DNA of 64,000 nt from Terriglobia bacterium. GTDB lineage: Bacteria > Acidobacteriota > Terriglobia > 20CM-2-55-15. The stretch spans positions 291,435 through 355,434 of the forward strand of contig CBDAPB010000036.1 in NCBI GenBank assembly GCA_965198265.1, read 5' to 3'. The position numbers and the translations under genes were made by a program. The notes under the pieces are model-generated. The model was not told the DNA's origin. It worked only from the letters and a program-made list of their open reading frames with translations, and did no database searches. The stretch's first letter is position 1; each line of letters starts with the position of its first letter. Positions 28,176 through 39,105 of the stretch are shown here, in pieces.

Positions 28176-30584
28176 CTAGTGAGTAATCGAAGTCTGCCGG
28201 TCTGCTGGATCGCTCGCGGCACGAGGATCGAACGCCTCGGAGTCGTCCAACGGGGTCGGTTCCTCTGTCAGCGCGACCTTCAGGACCTCATCCATGCTGT
28301 CGACGAGGTGGATCGTGAACTCGTCCATGATCGCCGCCGGGATATCCGCCAGGTCCTTCTGGTTGTCCTTGGGAAGGATGATGGTCCGGATACCGGCCCG
28401 GTGAGCTGCCAGCAGTTTCTCCTTGACGCCTCCGATGGGCAGAACCTTGCCACGGAGCGTGATTTCGCCAGTCATGGCGACATCGCAGTGGACCGGGATC
28501 AGGGTCAGCCCGCTCACGATCGAGGTGGCCATCGTGATGCCGGCCGAAGGCCCATCTTTCGGTATAGCTCCTTCGGGTACGTGGATGTGCAGATCGAGCC
28601 TCTGGTAGAAATCCTTGGGGATTCCGAAGGCGTGCGATCGAGACCGAACATAGCTCATCGCGGCCTGGGCCGATTCCTGCATCACGTCACCGAGCTTGCC
28701 CGTTAGCGTCAACTTGCCGCTGCCTTCCATCAGCGTGGCTTCGGTGGAGAGTATCTCGCCGCCGACTTCGGTCCACGCAAGGCCGGTCACGAGACCGATC
28801 TCGTTCTTCTCCTCGGGGCGGTCGGGTCGATACTTCGGAATGCCAAGGTAGTCGACCAGATTGTCCGGCGAGATCCGGGTCTGATACTTCTTGCCCTCCC
28901 GGACAACGGCCCGGGACACTTTCCGGCAGACCGACGAGATCTCCCGTTCCAGGTTCCGTACACCCGCCTCGCGCGTGTAGCGGCGGATGATCGTCGGTAC
29001 GGTCTCGTCTTCGAACTGCAACTGCTTATGGGTGATGCCGGTCGTTTCCACCTGTTTCGGGATCAGGAAGCGCTTGGCGATTTCCTTCTTTTCCTGCTCC
29101 GTGTAGCCGGGTAGCCGCAGTATCTCCATGCGGTCCTGCAGCGGCTGAGGGATCGTGTGGAGCACGTTTGCCGTGGCGATGAACATGACCTGTGACAGGT
29201 CGTAGTCCACGTCCAGGTAGTGATCGTTGAACGTGGAGTTCTGTTCGGGGTCGAGGACTTCAAGCAGCGCCGCTGCCGGATCGCCGCGGAAGTCCATGCT
29301 CATCTTGTCGACCTCGTCGAGCAGGAACACGGAGTTCATCGTTCCGGCCTTCTTGATCATCTGGATGATCTGTCCGGGCAGGGCGCCGATGTAGGTGCGG
29401 CGGTGACCACGGATCTCGGCCTCGTCGCGGATGCCACCCAGGGCTATACGGACGAACTTACGTCCGGTGGCTCGTGCGATCGACATGCCGAGCGAGGTCT
29501 TACCGACTCCCGGAGGTCCGGCGAAGCAGAGGATCGATCCCTTCGGTTTCTTGACCAGCTGGCGGACGGCGAGGAACTCGAGGATCCGGTCCTTGACCTT
29601 GTCCAAACCATAGTGGTCTTCGTTCAAGATCCGCTCGGCTGCCTCGATGTTGCGGATCTCACGTGTGCGTTTCTTCCACGGGACGGCGATCAGCCAGTCG
29701 ACGTAGTTGCGGGAGACCGTCGATTCGGCCGACATCTGGGGCATCATCTCGAGCCGGCGCATTTCCTGCATCGCCTTTTCGTACGCATCCTTGGGCATGC
29801 CGGCTTCCTCGATGTTGGCTCGAAGCTCTTCCAGGTCGGATTTCACGTCCTTCTTCCCGAGCTCACGCTGAATCGCCTTGATCTTCTCGTTCAGGTAGTA
29901 CTCTTTCTGGGCGCGTTCCATCTGCCGCTTCACACGACTCTGGATGGAACGGTCGACCTGCAGCTTCTCGATTTCAATGTCCAGCAGGTCGGCTAGCCGC
30001 TTGCAGCGCTCGACGGGATTGAAGATTTCAATCAGCTCCTGCTTTTCTTCGATCGAAAGCGTCAGGTGCGAGCAGACCGTATCCGCCAGCCGCCCGATGT
30101 CGTCCATCCGGATCGCTGACAGGACCTGCTCGTAGTTCACGTTCTGGCTCAGCTTGACGTATTGCTCGAAGAGCTGGCTGACACGGGAAATAAGCGTGTC
30201 GTATCCGGTGAAAGACTGGTTGCGGAAGGGGGAGAGTCGGAGGTTGGCCCTCAGGTGGCCGTCGTCTTCCGACATCTGCAGAATCCGAGCCCGCTCGATG
30301 CCTTCGACCAGGATTTTCGTGTTCCCGTCCGGCAGCTTCAGCGCCTGGACGAGATTCGCAATCGTTCCGATCTGATAGATTTCGTTCGCTTTGGGGTTAT
30401 CTACGGATGCGTCGTACTGAGTGGCTAAAAAGATTCGTTTGTCGCCCTCGAGTGCAGCTTCCAGCGCCCGCACTGAAGACTTACGACCGATCACGAAGGG
30501 CACCAGCATGTAAGGGAAGATGACTACGTCCCTGATGGGCACCATCGGTAGCGTGACTTGTTCGTATTTGTCCTTCGTACTCAT
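28176..30584 (-). CDS. lon: ATP-dependent Lon protease
   Basis: 802 aa with GPPGVGKTS Walker A, the catalytic-Ser motif PKDGPSAG and a LON N-terminal substrate domain. Confidence 0.95.
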   Translation of the reverse strand: MSTKDKYEQVTLPMVPIRDVVIFPYMLVPFVIGRKSSVRALEAALEGDKRIFLATQYDASVDNPKANEIYQIGTIANLVQALKLPDGNTKILVEGIERARILQMSEDDGHLRANLRLSPFRNQSFTGYDTLISRVSQLFEQYVKLSQNVNYEQVLSAIRMDDIGRLADTVCSHLTLSIEEKQELIEIFNPVERCKRLADLLDIEIEKLQVDRSIQSRVKRQMERAQKEYYLNEKIKAIQRELGKKDVKSDLEELRANIEEAGMPKDAYEKAMQEMRRLEMMPQMSAESTVSRNYVDWLIAVPWKKRTREIRNIEAAERILNEDHYGLDKVKDRILEFLAVRQLVKKPKGSILCFAGPPGVGKTSLGMSIARATGRKFVRIALGGIRDEAEIRGHRRTYIGALPGQIIQMIKKAGTMNSVFLLDEVDKMSMDFRGDPAAALLEVLDPEQNSTFNDHYLDVDYDLSQVMFIATANVLHTIPQPLQDRMEILRLPGYTEQEKKEIAKRFLIPKQVETTGITHKQLQFEDETVPTIIRRYTREAGVRNLEREISSVCRKVSRAVVREGKKYQTRISPDNLVDYLGIPKYRPDRPEEKNEIGLVTGLAWTEVGGEILSTEATLMEGSGKLTLTGKLGDVMQESAQAAMSYVRSRSHAFGIPKDFYQRLDLHIHVPEGAIPKDGPSAGITMATSIVSGLTLIPVHCDVAMTGEITLRGKVLPIGGVKEKLLAAHRAGIRTIILPKDNQKDLADIPAAIMDEFTIHLVDSMDEVLKVALTEEPTPLDDSEAFDPRAASDPADRQTSITH

Positions 30585-30654
30585 AAGCTCACTTCCGCGT
30601 TCAGGACTATCCAGGGATCCTGAGGGCCGAAGGGGAGAATGTCGAACGATTCTC

Positions 30655-31899
30655 CTATCCGGCCTTCTCGTACGGCAACTGTACTTCCTTCTTTTCGACC
30701 ATTTGTTTCGTGATCGTTAGCTCGGATGGGCTTTTTTGTCCTGGAAGTGTGTACATCACGTCAAGCATCAGCTCTTCCATGATTATCCGCAGTCCTCGAG
30801 CGCCGACATTCCGCTTGATCGATTGCTCGGCGATGGCCTCTATGGCCCCGTCGGCGAACTTCAGCTTGACGTTTTCGTACTCGAAAAGGCGCTGGTACTG
30901 TTTAACCAGCGCATTCTTGGGAGTGGTGAGGATTTCGACCAGGGCGGAGCGATCCAGCTCATGCAGGGTCGCCACGACCGGTACGCGGCCGACGAACTCG
31001 GGGATCATTCCGTATTTGATCAGGTCTTCGGGCTCGACAGCTTCTATGAGTAGCGATTTTTCTTCCGACTTGGCTTTTAGCTCCCCCTGGAAGCCCATCG
31101 TGCTCCTCTTGGCCTGTCTTTTCTCAACGATATTCTCCAGCCCGACGAACGCCCCGCCGCAGATGAACAGGATGTTGGTCGTGTCGACCTGGGTGAATTC
31201 CTGGTGGGGGTGCTTCCGGCCGCCCTGGGGCGGCACATTGGCAACAGTACCCTCGAGCATCTTGAGGAGCGCCTGCTGGACGCCCTCTCCCGAGACATCG
31301 CGGGTAATCGAGGGGTTCTCGTCCTTGCGTCCAATCTTATCGATTTCGTCGATGTAGATGATGCCGGTCTGGGAGCGTTCGACATCTCCGCCGGCGCTCT
31401 GCACCAGACGAAGGATGATGTTCTCGACATCCTCACCGACGTAGCCCGCTTCGGTGAGGGTCGTGGCGTCGACGATTGCAAACGGCACGCTCAACAGCCG
31501 GGCCAGCGTCTGAGCCAGCAGCGTTTTGCCGGTCCCGGTCGGCCCGATCAACAGAATGTTGGACTTCTGGAGTTCGACTTCGGATTTCTTGCGTGCGAGT
31601 TCGATCCGCTTGTAGTGGTTGTAGACCGCGACGGCCAGCTTCTTCTTCGTCTTCTGTTGTCCGATGACGTACCCATCCAGAAATTCTTTGATCTCCGGAG
31701 GCTTGGGAAGGTGGACATTGCGCGGTGCGGGTTCGAAGCTCTGATCTTCGTCAATGATGTCCTGGCAGACAGCGACGCACTCGTCGCAGATGAAGACCGT
31801 CGGGCCGGCGATCAGTTTCCTGACGTCATTCTGGCTCTTGTTGCAAAAGGAGCATCGAAGCACATCGCTGTTGCTTTTCTTCAAACCGCTTTCCTCCAC
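30655..31899 (-). CDS. clpX: ATP-dependent Clp protease ATP-binding subunit ClpX
   Basis: The N-terminal zinc finger is [35 protein letters not shown] is the Walker A motif. Confidence 0.95.
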   Translation of the reverse strand: MEESGLKKSNSDVLRCSFCNKSQNDVRKLIAGPTVFICDECVAVCQDIIDEDQSFEPAPRNVHLPKPPEIKEFLDGYVIGQQKTKKKLAVAVYNHYKRIELARKKSEVELQKSNILLIGPTGTGKTLLAQTLARLLSVPFAIVDATTLTEAGYVGEDVENIILRLVQSAGGDVERSQTGIIYIDEIDKIGRKDENPSITRDVSGEGVQQALLKMLEGTVANVPPQGGRKHPHQEFTQVDTTNILFICGGAFVGLENIVEKRQAKRSTMGFQGELKAKSEEKSLLIEAVEPEDLIKYGMIPEFVGRVPVVATLHELDRSALVEILTTPKNALVKQYQRLFEYENVKLKFADGAIEAIAEQSIKRNVGARGLRIIMEELMLDVMYTLPGQKSPSELTITKQMVEKKEVQLPYEKAG

Positions 31900-31964
31900 C
31901 GAGCCGAGGCCCGACCTGCAGATCTGCGATCACTTAAGTGCAGCTAATTCAGTGAATTGGGGCG

Positions 31965-32576
31965 CTATTGACGTTGTGAAATAACGTCATCAATTATACC
32001 ATAGTCCTTACACTGGTCCGCGCTCATGATGTAGTCTCGCTCCACGTCCTTTTCGATACGTTCCAGTGGCTGACCAGTGTGTTTCGCCAGGATATCGTTG
32101 AGGATGCTCCTCATCCTCAAGATCTCCTTGGCGTGAATCTCGATGTCGCTCGCCTGGCCCTGCAGACCCCCCAGCCACGGTTGGTGAATCATGATGCGCG
32201 AGTTCGGCAACGCGAACCGTTTGTCGGGTGCGCCTGCGGCCAGCAACACCGCTCCCATGCTGGAGGCCTGACCGACGCAGATCGTCGAGACGTCAGGGCG
32301 GATGAACTGGATCGTGTCGTAGATTGCCAGCCCGGCCGTGATCGAGCCGCCCGGAGAGTTGACGTAAAGGGAGATATCCCGTTCGGGATCTTCGGCTTCC
32401 AGGAACAGCAACTGCGCCGTGACCACGTTGGCGACGTTGTCGTCGATCGGTGTACCTATAAAAATGATGCTGTCGCGCAGCAGCCGCGAATAGATGTCGT
32501 AGGCTCGCTCTCCCCGGTTCGTCTGTTCCACCACCATCGGTATGAGCGTGTTCTTTTCTTCAAAGTTGTTAGGCAT
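31965..32576 (-). CDS. clpP: ATP-dependent Clp protease proteolytic subunit
   Basis: 203 aa with the Ser in GQASSMGA, the His in IMIHQP and the Asp in RDYIMSA. Confidence 0.95.
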   Translation of the reverse strand: MPNNFEEKNTLIPMVVEQTNRGERAYDIYSRLLRDSIIFIGTPIDDNVANVVTAQLLFLEAEDPERDISLYVNSPGGSITAGLAIYDTIQFIRPDVSTICVGQASSMGAVLLAAGAPDKRFALPNSRIMIHQPWLGGLQGQASDIEIHAKEILRMRSILNDILAKHTGQPLERIEKDVERDYIMSADQCKDYGIIDDVISQRQ

Positions 32577-32716
32577 TTACTCGTCCACTGGAATAGTCGC
32601 CTTGAGCCTCAATTCATACTTATCGGAATATCCTGTCGCAAACTGTCGCTAAAAACAGCATACCTCATCGGCGAGAAAATGAAGATAGGATTGGAGATGG
32701 CTCTGCCGCGCAGGTT

Positions 32717-34051
32717 CTATGACGGATGTCCCCCCTCCGATGCTTCCGCTTCGGACAGGCTTCCCGCAGGAACGACCTTCGCTTGCTCCTGGACCATCGC
32801 GAGCACCTTCCTGTTGCGAATCTGGCCCTTGATGCGATCCAACCCTTCATTCTTTGTCAGGATCTCCCGGACATTTTCCTTGGGCCGGCCCATCTGTGCG
32901 GCGATCGCTTCGATCTCTCGTTCGATTTCTTCGTCCTCGACCTCGATCTTCTCGCGTTCGGCCAGATGTTCGAGAATCAGTGAACCCCGCACGTCCCGGA
33001 CCGCCTGCTCGTACTGATCGGCCCGGATCTTGCCCCAGTCCACGTCCAGACCCTGAGGGTTGACACCCTGCTGGGACAGCTCGCGCATCATGCGTTGGAG
33101 TCGTGTCTGAAGCTGGTGCTCGACCAGAGAATCCGGGACTTCGAACTCGTTGTTATCTTCCAGCCACCCGAGGATCGCCTCATGGATCTGCTCGTCCGCA
33201 TGGTGCCGGCGGTGCTGTTCCAGATTCTGACGGACGTTGGCCTTCAGATCGTCGAGCTTGTCGAAGTCGCCCACGCTCTGAGCGAAATCGTCGTCGAGCT
33301 CGGGGCGGTGCTTTTCCTTAATGGACTCGACCTGTACAGTGAAGTGGGCGTTCTTCCCCGCGAGGTTCTTGTCCGGGTGGTCTTCCTTGTATGTGACGGC
33401 GAACGCCTCTTCCTCCCCGGCCCTTAGCCCGGTGAGGTTTTCGGTAAACTCCCGCAGAGTCGTCTCACCTCCGATCTCACAAAGTGCCTTCTCTGCGGAG
33501 AGGTCCGGGGCGTCTTCGTCGGCATCCTCGATGGAGCCTGTGAAAGAAATCTCGACGAAGTCCCCCTCCTTGATCTCGCGGTCTTCCTCGACGGGCGTCA
33601 TTTCCGCATGCTCCTCGAGCATCCGTTCCAACGCCTGATCGATTTCGGTGTCTGAGACCTCGGTCGGGATCTCTTCGACGGGAATCCCCGTGTGGTTCGT
33701 GACGTCGAGCTGAGGGTAGACCTCGAAAACGGCCTTGAAGCGCAGAGCTTCGCCGTTGTCGTAATCGACATCCTCATAACTGGGTGCGTGGACGACATCC
33801 AGGTCCTGCTCCCGTGCGGCGTCGGAGAAGTACTTTGGCAACAGGCTCTGGAAGACTTCAGAGAGAATGTCGTCCCGGTAGCGGTTTTTCACGACGCCGA
33901 GCGGCGCCTTACCCGGTCGGAAGCCCGGTACCCGAGCGCGGCGTCGAAACTGCCGCGCGATCGATGTCACTTCTCCGTCGACGACTTCCTGGGGGATCTC
34001 GATGTCGAGGCTCTTCTTTACAGGGCTGATGTCGGTCAGTGCTGCCTTCAT
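32717..34051 (-). CDS. tig: Trigger factor
   Basis: 444 aa with the N-terminal ribosome-binding motif GFRPGKAP. It sits in the classical tig-clpP-clpX-lon order. Confidence 0.93.
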   Translation of the reverse strand: MKAALTDISPVKKSLDIEIPQEVVDGEVTSIARQFRRRARVPGFRPGKAPLGVVKNRYRDDILSEVFQSLLPKYFSDAAREQDLDVVHAPSYEDVDYDNGEALRFKAVFEVYPQLDVTNHTGIPVEEIPTEVSDTEIDQALERMLEEHAEMTPVEEDREIKEGDFVEISFTGSIEDADEDAPDLSAEKALCEIGGETTLREFTENLTGLRAGEEEAFAVTYKEDHPDKNLAGKNAHFTVQVESIKEKHRPELDDDFAQSVGDFDKLDDLKANVRQNLEQHRRHHADEQIHEAILGWLEDNNEFEVPDSLVEHQLQTRLQRMMRELSQQGVNPQGLDVDWGKIRADQYEQAVRDVRGSLILEHLAEREKIEVEDEEIEREIEAIAAQMGRPKENVREILTKNEGLDRIKGQIRNRKVLAMVQEQAKVVPAGSLSEAEASEGGHPS

Positions 34052-34194
34052 AAGGGGTGATAGTGGTCAGTGGCGGGGCCCGGCGTACCGAACGCTCAGC
34101 CTTTCATTGCGGCAACCCCTCACCGTTGTGAACTGATGGCTGACGGCTGACAGCCGAGGGGAATTCGTCCCCGAATTCCCCCAAAATTCCTCCA

Positions 34195-34276
34195 TGCGAA
34201 AGGAGGGACTCGAACCCTCATGGGTTGCCCCACTGGATCCTAAGTCCAGCGCGTCTGCCAATTCCGCCACTTTCGC
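34195..34276 (-). tRNA. tRNA-Leu (anticodon UAG)
   Basis: The minus strand reads GCGAAAGTGGCGGAATTGGCAGACGCGCTGGACTTAGGATCCAGTGGGGCAACCCATGAGGGTTCGAGTCCCTCCTTTCGCA. The 7-bp acceptor is GCGAAAG/CTTTCGC, the anticodon stem is CTGGA/TCCAG with loop CT-TAG-GA, there is a long variable arm, the T-arm is GAGGG TTCGAGT CCCTC, the discriminator is A, and CCA is not encoded. Confidence 0.9.
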
Positions 34277-34299
34277 GTGCCTTCCAAATCAGTTTGCCT

Positions 34300-34650
34300 G
34301 CCGAATCCCACTACTTTTCCCTCTTGGGTCAATTGGGGATTTTGTGGAGATTCAGCTCTCAATTCTGGAAGTTTTTCGATGGAGGGTCGCTTGCAGTCCA
34401 TCGAAAGATGAGTATACCGCATCGTCATCTTCGGGTCCTCATGTCCCATCAGCTCCATCATCGCCCTCTGGCTCACATCGGCCATGCCCAAGTATCATAC
34501 TAAGGAGCGCCGCAGATCTTGTAAGCGGCAATCCTTCAAGCCGGCGCGATCGAAGGCGTTTGCGGAGCCGGTTCTCTCTTGAGTCTTTTAACTCGTGACA
34601 ACATGCATCAAAGAAAGGCACCATACCGCCGACTCCATCAGGTCGGCTTA
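34300..34650 (-). pseudogene. Decayed tyrosine recombinase (phage-type integrase), C-terminal remnant only
   Basis: Minus-strand frames give ..VPFFDACCHELK.. and then ..SANAFDRAGLKDCRLQDLRRSLV*YLGMADVSQRAMMELMGHEDPKMTMRYTHLS. The box II LMGH....T..Y.H is intact. The HxLRH motif is degraded to QDLRR, there is an in-frame TGA and at least one frameshift, and the N-terminal two thirds are missing. Confidence 0.7.
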
Positions 34651-34734
34651 TTCGTTGTCCGGTGTCCACTCTGCGAGGGCAAGGTATTCCATGCCACGGA
34701 GAGTGAGGGGATCGGCCAATAGAGGGTGTGAAGC

Positions 34735-35244
34735 ATGGATGAGGTCACAGTCGGAAACGTCGTCATTTCCTGCGACAATCATCGTCTGACCTTCAGGAGC
34801 CGAGAGGACCCGCGCCGACAAGTAACGATCTCCGCGGCCTCTCTGCCCGACGTCCTTTACTTTCTTCAGAGTGTCAACCCCAGTGGAAGCGACCAACGTG
34901 TGGCTTTTCGCGTGCCGCTTGGCCGCACGAGCGCCCTCAGAACCACCCTTGGGGTCGGCAGTTTGCGGCTGCCGGTTTGGGCTGTGGACATCAGCCTGTC
35001 GGGGATGCTCGTGGAAATGCCGACCAGTCTCCACGAATTGACGATCGGGTCTTCGGTGGAAATTACTCTCGAACTCGATATGAAGTCCGCGACGCTCGGA
35101 GGCACTGTCAAACGCCGGATAGAGAATCGCTACGGGATCATATTCACGGACTGCCAGATGGAAGGGGATCTCGATCCGCCAGGCTCGCTTATGGTCATCT
35201 TCAGGGCGCTTGAAAGGACATGGCTCGCCAAGAAAGTAGAGTAA
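34735..35244 (+). CDS. PilZ domain protein (c-di-GMP receptor)
   Basis: 169 aa with RxxxR (QRVAFR) and DxSxxG (DISLSG) motifs at the correct spacing, and ..LGGTVKRRIENRYGIIF. Confidence 0.75.
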   Translation: MDEVTVGNVVISCDNHRLTFRSREDPRRQVTISAASLPDVLYFLQSVNPSGSDQRVAFRVPLGRTSALRTTLGVGSLRLPVWAVDISLSGMLVEMPTSLHELTIGSSVEITLELDMKSATLGGTVKRRIENRYGIIFTDCQMEGDLDPPGSLMVIFRALERTWLAKKVE

Positions 35245-35476
35245 GAAAGTACCGAGGCGATCGCCTTCGACCGCCCGATTCTGCGATACCTGCTCGCCCG
35301 GAATCCAGGCACCGACTTTCTCATTTCGGAGGCTTCTTACCGTCCGCAGGGCTACGGGTTTGCCCTCGCTCTGGACTCTGTGCTTCGTCAGGAGATAGTG
35401 GTCGCTCTTCTGCGACTGCAGGAAAGCGGAGAATTGGACGCGATCGAGGTTTGGCTGGGACCCTAGTGACAGGTCA

Positions 35477-35758
35477 CTAGTAGCTCCTTCCTACCGCCCG
35501 GCCTTTGGACTCAATCGGCTTGGCCTCGTTTACCTGAAGCGCGCGGCCTTCCAGCTCCTGTCCATGCAGGGTTTCGATCGCCGCGCCCAGCTGCGATTCG
35601 TCTTCCAGCTGCGCAAAGCCGAAGCCCCGGGACCGTCCGGAGTCGCGGTAGGTCAGGATGTGAACCGACTCGAGGGGAAACCCCCGGGATTCGATCCACT
35701 CGTGGAGATCGTCGTCAGACACCGAATAGGGAACGTTGCCAATGAAGAGTTTGGGCAT
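35477..35758 (-). CDS. RRM-type RNA-binding protein
   Basis: 93 aa with RNP-2 LFIGNV and RNP-1 RGFGFAQL. Confidence 0.85.
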   Translation of the reverse strand: MPKLFIGNVPYSVSDDDLHEWIESRGFPLESVHILTYRDSGRSRGFGFAQLEDESQLGAAIETLHGQELEGRALQVNEAKPIESKGRAVGRSY

Positions 35759-35822
35759 GATTTCCTCTCAACTTTAATGTCCGGCCGTGTGGGCACACGG
35801 AACCCACTTCTGCCACGGGCTG

Positions 35823-37367
35823 CTAGGAGTCTGCGCGGCAGAGCGCGAAGAACTCGAATTTATTGGGATTTGAGAGGGTCTTCGGAGGAGAACCCATCGA
35901 TTCTTCCGATACGAGGAGTTCAGAGCTGTACGGATACCAGTAATTGGCCGTGTATCGGGTCTGCTGGGTTCCGGTTTTCCGGATTATGCCCATTCGATCA
36001 TCCCGTTCATCCGCCGTAAGTTCACCGCCAGAGTGAGCAGGTTCCACTCACCGGTCACTTTGTCCAAACCGCGTAGACTGAACTGTCGGAATCCGAGCAC
36101 CGACTTGATCCACCCGAAGGGCGGCTCGCCAATGTGCTTTCTGGCCCGGTAGCGGTCGCGCCCACGCTTGGTTTTCATCTTTCTCATCATCCGGCCAACA
36201 GCAGTGTCTTTGGGTGGGAGTGGAACATCGGCCAGATTCTTCTCGCGACCCATGGCAACATACCCGTCAATCTGACGTTGTTCCAACATCCCTAGATTCG
36301 ACTCGGATCGATATCCCGCATCGGCCAGTACACGTTCGGGATGCTCTCCCAGGTTGTTGTTCAACGCATCCAGGGTCGGTTCCAACTGTCCCGCGTCGGA
36401 CGCATTGGAACTCACCGTTGTCGCTACGATGATCCGGGCCTCGGAATCCACCACCGCCTGCGCGTTGTAGCATTGCTGGAACCCTTCAGTGGAGGTTTTC
36501 ATGATCCGGCTTTCCGGATCTGTGAAGTTGTCCTGGGCCGTCGGTTTGGGCTCGCCCATGGGGCGTTTGAATGGCTTCTTTCCGCATCCGGGTTTGTCGT
36601 CTCCCGGTTCCCGTCCCGCTTCCTGGTCCGCAGCCATCTGACGTTCTTCGAGCCGTTTCATTGCTGCCTGGATCGTGGCCAATCGCTTTTTGCGGGTCGA
36701 CAACCCATCGGGCAGTTCGTCTCCGCGCCGGTCCTTGCCGTATCGCTGGTCTTCTTCCTCATCGGTCGCCGTAGCCCGGTTCAACAGATCCCGAATCTGT
36801 TCGCCCAATTCGGTCTCCTGCTTCTTCATCCGTTCATAGCTCATCGCTTTGCGTTTGCTCGCATTCGCCCGCATCTTGGTTCCGTCCACCGCCACGGTTC
36901 CCATCTTCACCAGTCCCGCTTCCCGCGCCATCATCACCACTTGCACAAACAGGTTCCCGAACTCCTCAAGATGCAGTTTGCGAAAATCCGAGATCGTACG
37001 GTGCGCCGGAAAGTTCTCCGCTCCCAACATCCGGAACGCCACGTCGTCGGTCAACTTCGCCGCGATCTTCCGCGACGAGAACACCCCGGTCGCGTACCCG
37101 TAGATCAACACCTTCACCATCATCCGCGGATCGTACGCTTGATTGCCCGGTCCGTCCGTTCCATACCGCTGCTCAAACGCGCTCAAATCCATGGCGTCCA
37201 CCGTGTCCGATATGAAGTACGACAGGTGATCTTCGGCCAACCAATCTCTCAGCGACGGCGGCAGCAGCAGGCTCTGTTCTGGGATATAGGTTCGATATGT
37301 TCGTGACATGTCCTATCTTCGATCTCTATCCGCCCAATTCCGGTCCTTCTGCCGCGCAGACTCCTAG
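35823..37367 (-). mobile_element. IS1182-family insertion sequence, copy 1 (1545 bp)
   Basis: The 20-nt inverted repeat CTAGGAGTCTGCGCGGCAGA lies at 35823-35842 and, as its reverse complement, at 37348-37367. It has a single transposase ORF and about 90 % nt identity to copy 2 over the 5' end and the ORF. Confidence 0.85.
35984..37309 (-). CDS. IS1182-family transposase
   Basis: 441 aa. The N-terminal InsH/DUF772-type region is LPPSLRDWLAEDHLSYFISD..YDPRMMVKVLIYGYATGVFSSRKI. It is followed by a central coiled coil and a C-terminal DDE domain (..VLADAGYRSESN..). Confidence 0.85.
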   Translation of the reverse strand: MSRTYRTYIPEQSLLLPPSLRDWLAEDHLSYFISDTVDAMDLSAFEQRYGTDGPGNQAYDPRMMVKVLIYGYATGVFSSRKIAAKLTDDVAFRMLGAENFPAHRTISDFRKLHLEEFGNLFVQVVMMAREAGLVKMGTVAVDGTKMRANASKRKAMSYERMKKQETELGEQIRDLLNRATATDEEEDQRYGKDRRGDELPDGLSTRKKRLATIQAAMKRLEERQMAADQEAGREPGDDKPGCGKKPFKRPMGEPKPTAQDNFTDPESRIMKTSTEGFQQCYNAQAVVDSEARIIVATTVSSNASDAGQLEPTLDALNNNLGEHPERVLADAGYRSESNLGMLEQRQIDGYVAMGREKNLADVPLPPKDTAVGRMMRKMKTKRGRDRYRARKHIGEPPFGWIKSVLGFRQFSLRGLDKVTGEWNLLTLAVNLRRMNGMIEWA

Positions 37368-39105
37368 CCCGCATATTTCACCAATCGTGAATGAAGCGCG
37401 TTTTCGTGCGGAAGAGTGGGCGTTGGGAGAGTCTGGGTTCCGGTAAGGCACGGATGGGGACAATCAGGGTGTCGCTGGCCATGAGTGGGTTTGTTTCTGG
37501 GGTTTGAAGGAAGCCTGGATAAGGTAGTCAGGCAGAGCTCTCCGTCGGAGAAAGAAACAAGTCTATTTTAGAGCCGTGGATCGGGGTCCTGTGTCAGCAC
37601 CGCAGAGGAATCGACTGCAGGTTGCGAAGGATGGTCGCAAAGACTTCGGCGTAGGGATAGGCCTCCGACATCGAGAGCCAGACGTTGCGGACCGTCAGGC
37701 GGATGCGAGCGCCGATCTTGAGAAGCTTCAGGCGGATGGTCTGGCATTGAGCGCGGGCCAGCGGGGTATCCTTGAGCCCGAGACGACGCAGTGCATGCAT
37801 GAGCATGTAAGCGGCTGAGGATAGATACAGCCGGAGCTGATTGGCACGCATCGTCGCCGCGCTGGTGCGGTCGGCAAACAGATCCAGTTGTTGTTCCTTG
37901 ATGCGGTTCTCCATGTCACCGCGAGCGCAGTAGAAATCTTCATAGAGAGCTTGGGCGGCGAGGCGTTTTGTCGGTAATGAGGTCACCACGAATCGAGGAT
38001 TGGCACCCTTGTCCAGGAACTCGGCCTTGGCAACGACGCGTCGGGTGCAGCTCCAGCTCTTCAGGGTCCGGTACTGGAAATCCTTAAACACCCGCGCCGG
38101 TTTTCCGGTGGTGTTAAACTCCCCTTCGGCCTGAGTCATTTCTTCCGCAATCTCTCGCTTGAGACGGTCGTTCTTGGCCAACCCGATCACGTAATCGAGC
38201 TGATGGGCCTCACACCAACGGAGTAATTCATCCCGGCAAAAGCCGGAATCGGCCCGGATGATGATCCTCACTTCCGGCCAGCCGTGACGGATCTGGCCGA
38301 TGATACGTTTCAACTCATCCACCGCTCCATCGGCACCATCGATATTGGATCGGCGCAGACGGGCGCACAACAGATGTCCGCCACAGAAGATGTAGAAAGG
38401 CAGATAGCAATAGCGGCGGTAGTAGCCGTGAAAGAACCGGCCTTCCTGTTGACCATGGATCGGATCATCGGTCGCGTCCATGTCCAGAACAATCTCTTCC
38501 GGTGCCGTGTCGTGGGCGGCCAGAAACGCATCGACCATCCAGCTCCCGATCCGGTCCTCATCCATGACGATCTTCTTGTACCGCTCCTGGCCATCGGCCT
38601 CAGCCCCGCTCAGCTCCAGCCGGTTGAGCGTACACTTGCCCGCCAGCGCCTTTCCCCGGTCCCCGGCCTGGCGTCGGCTCTCTCCCAAAGGATCGGCCTT
38701 CTCCACTGCCACGGCCAGCATCGGATCGGTCCGCAGCTGGTCGTGATCGTTCAGGTCTTCATATCCCAAACAGAGCCCATAGACACGCTGCCCCAACAAT
38801 TCCTTTACCGTGTGTTCGATCAACCCCTGGTCCCGGTGATCGGTAAAACACTGGGCCAGTCCGTCGATCAACCCGGTTCGCTTTTCCACTTCCCGCAACA
38901 GCAGAACCCCAGCGTCGGAGGTGATCTTTCCGCCGTCAAAACGCGCCTTCACTTTTCGTTGAAGAAGTCCGTGAAATTCGAACGTGACTTGGTTACACTC
39001 TGTTCTCATCAGGGCCGTCTCCGTTTGGCTTGTTAAACGTTTATTCCAAAACGCTTTATGCCAGACAGGGCGGCCTTTTCTGGTCCTATTGGTGAAATAT
39101 GCGGG
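37368..39105 (-). mobile_element. IS1380-family insertion sequence (1738 bp)
   Basis: The perfect 18-nt inverted repeat CCCGCATATTTCACCAAT lies at 37368-37385 and, as its reverse complement, at 39088-39105. CTAG is present on both sides (37364-37367 and 39106-39109). Confidence 0.8.
37594..39009 (-). CDS. IS1380-family transposase
   Basis: 471 aa. The pattern ..FDGGKITSDAGVLLLREVE..CFTDHRDQGLIEHTVKELLGQRVYGLCLGYEDLNDHDQLRTDP.. is typical of IS1380-type DDE transposases. Confidence 0.8.
   Translation of the reverse strand: MRTECNQVTFEFHGLLQRKVKARFDGGKITSDAGVLLLREVEKRTGLIDGLAQCFTDHRDQGLIEHTVKELLGQRVYGLCLGYEDLNDHDQLRTDPMLAVAVEKADPLGESRRQAGDRGKALAGKCTLNRLELSGAEADGQERYKKIVMDEDRIGSWMVDAFLAAHDTAPEEIVLDMDATDDPIHGQQEGRFFHGYYRRYCYLPFYIFCGGHLLCARLRRSNIDGADGAVDELKRIIGQIRHGWPEVRIIIRADSGFCRDELLRWCEAHQLDYVIGLAKNDRLKREIAEEMTQAEGEFNTTGKPARVFKDFQYRTLKSWSCTRRVVAKAEFLDKGANPRFVVTSLPTKRLAAQALYEDFYCARGDMENRIKEQQLDLFADRTSAATMRANQLRLYLSSAAYMLMHALRRLGLKDTPLARAQCQTIRLKLLKIGARIRLTVRNVWLSMSEAYPYAEVFATILRNLQSIPLRC

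Noticed and set aside
34195-34276. tRNA next to the island as an amber suppressor.
   Set aside because: The anticodon loop is CT-TAG-GA, so the anticodon is 5'-UAG-3', which reads CUN leucine codons. A suppressor of UAG would need the anticodon CUA.
34648-35490. Roughly 280-codon open frame on the minus strand spanning the PilZ gene and the PilZ-RRM spacer.
   Set aside because: It has no ATG/GTG/TTG before 35034. The plus strand encodes a canonical PilZ domain (RxxxR, DxSxxG). The only non-overlapping part (35245-35460) could be a gene remnant, but I recognise no family.
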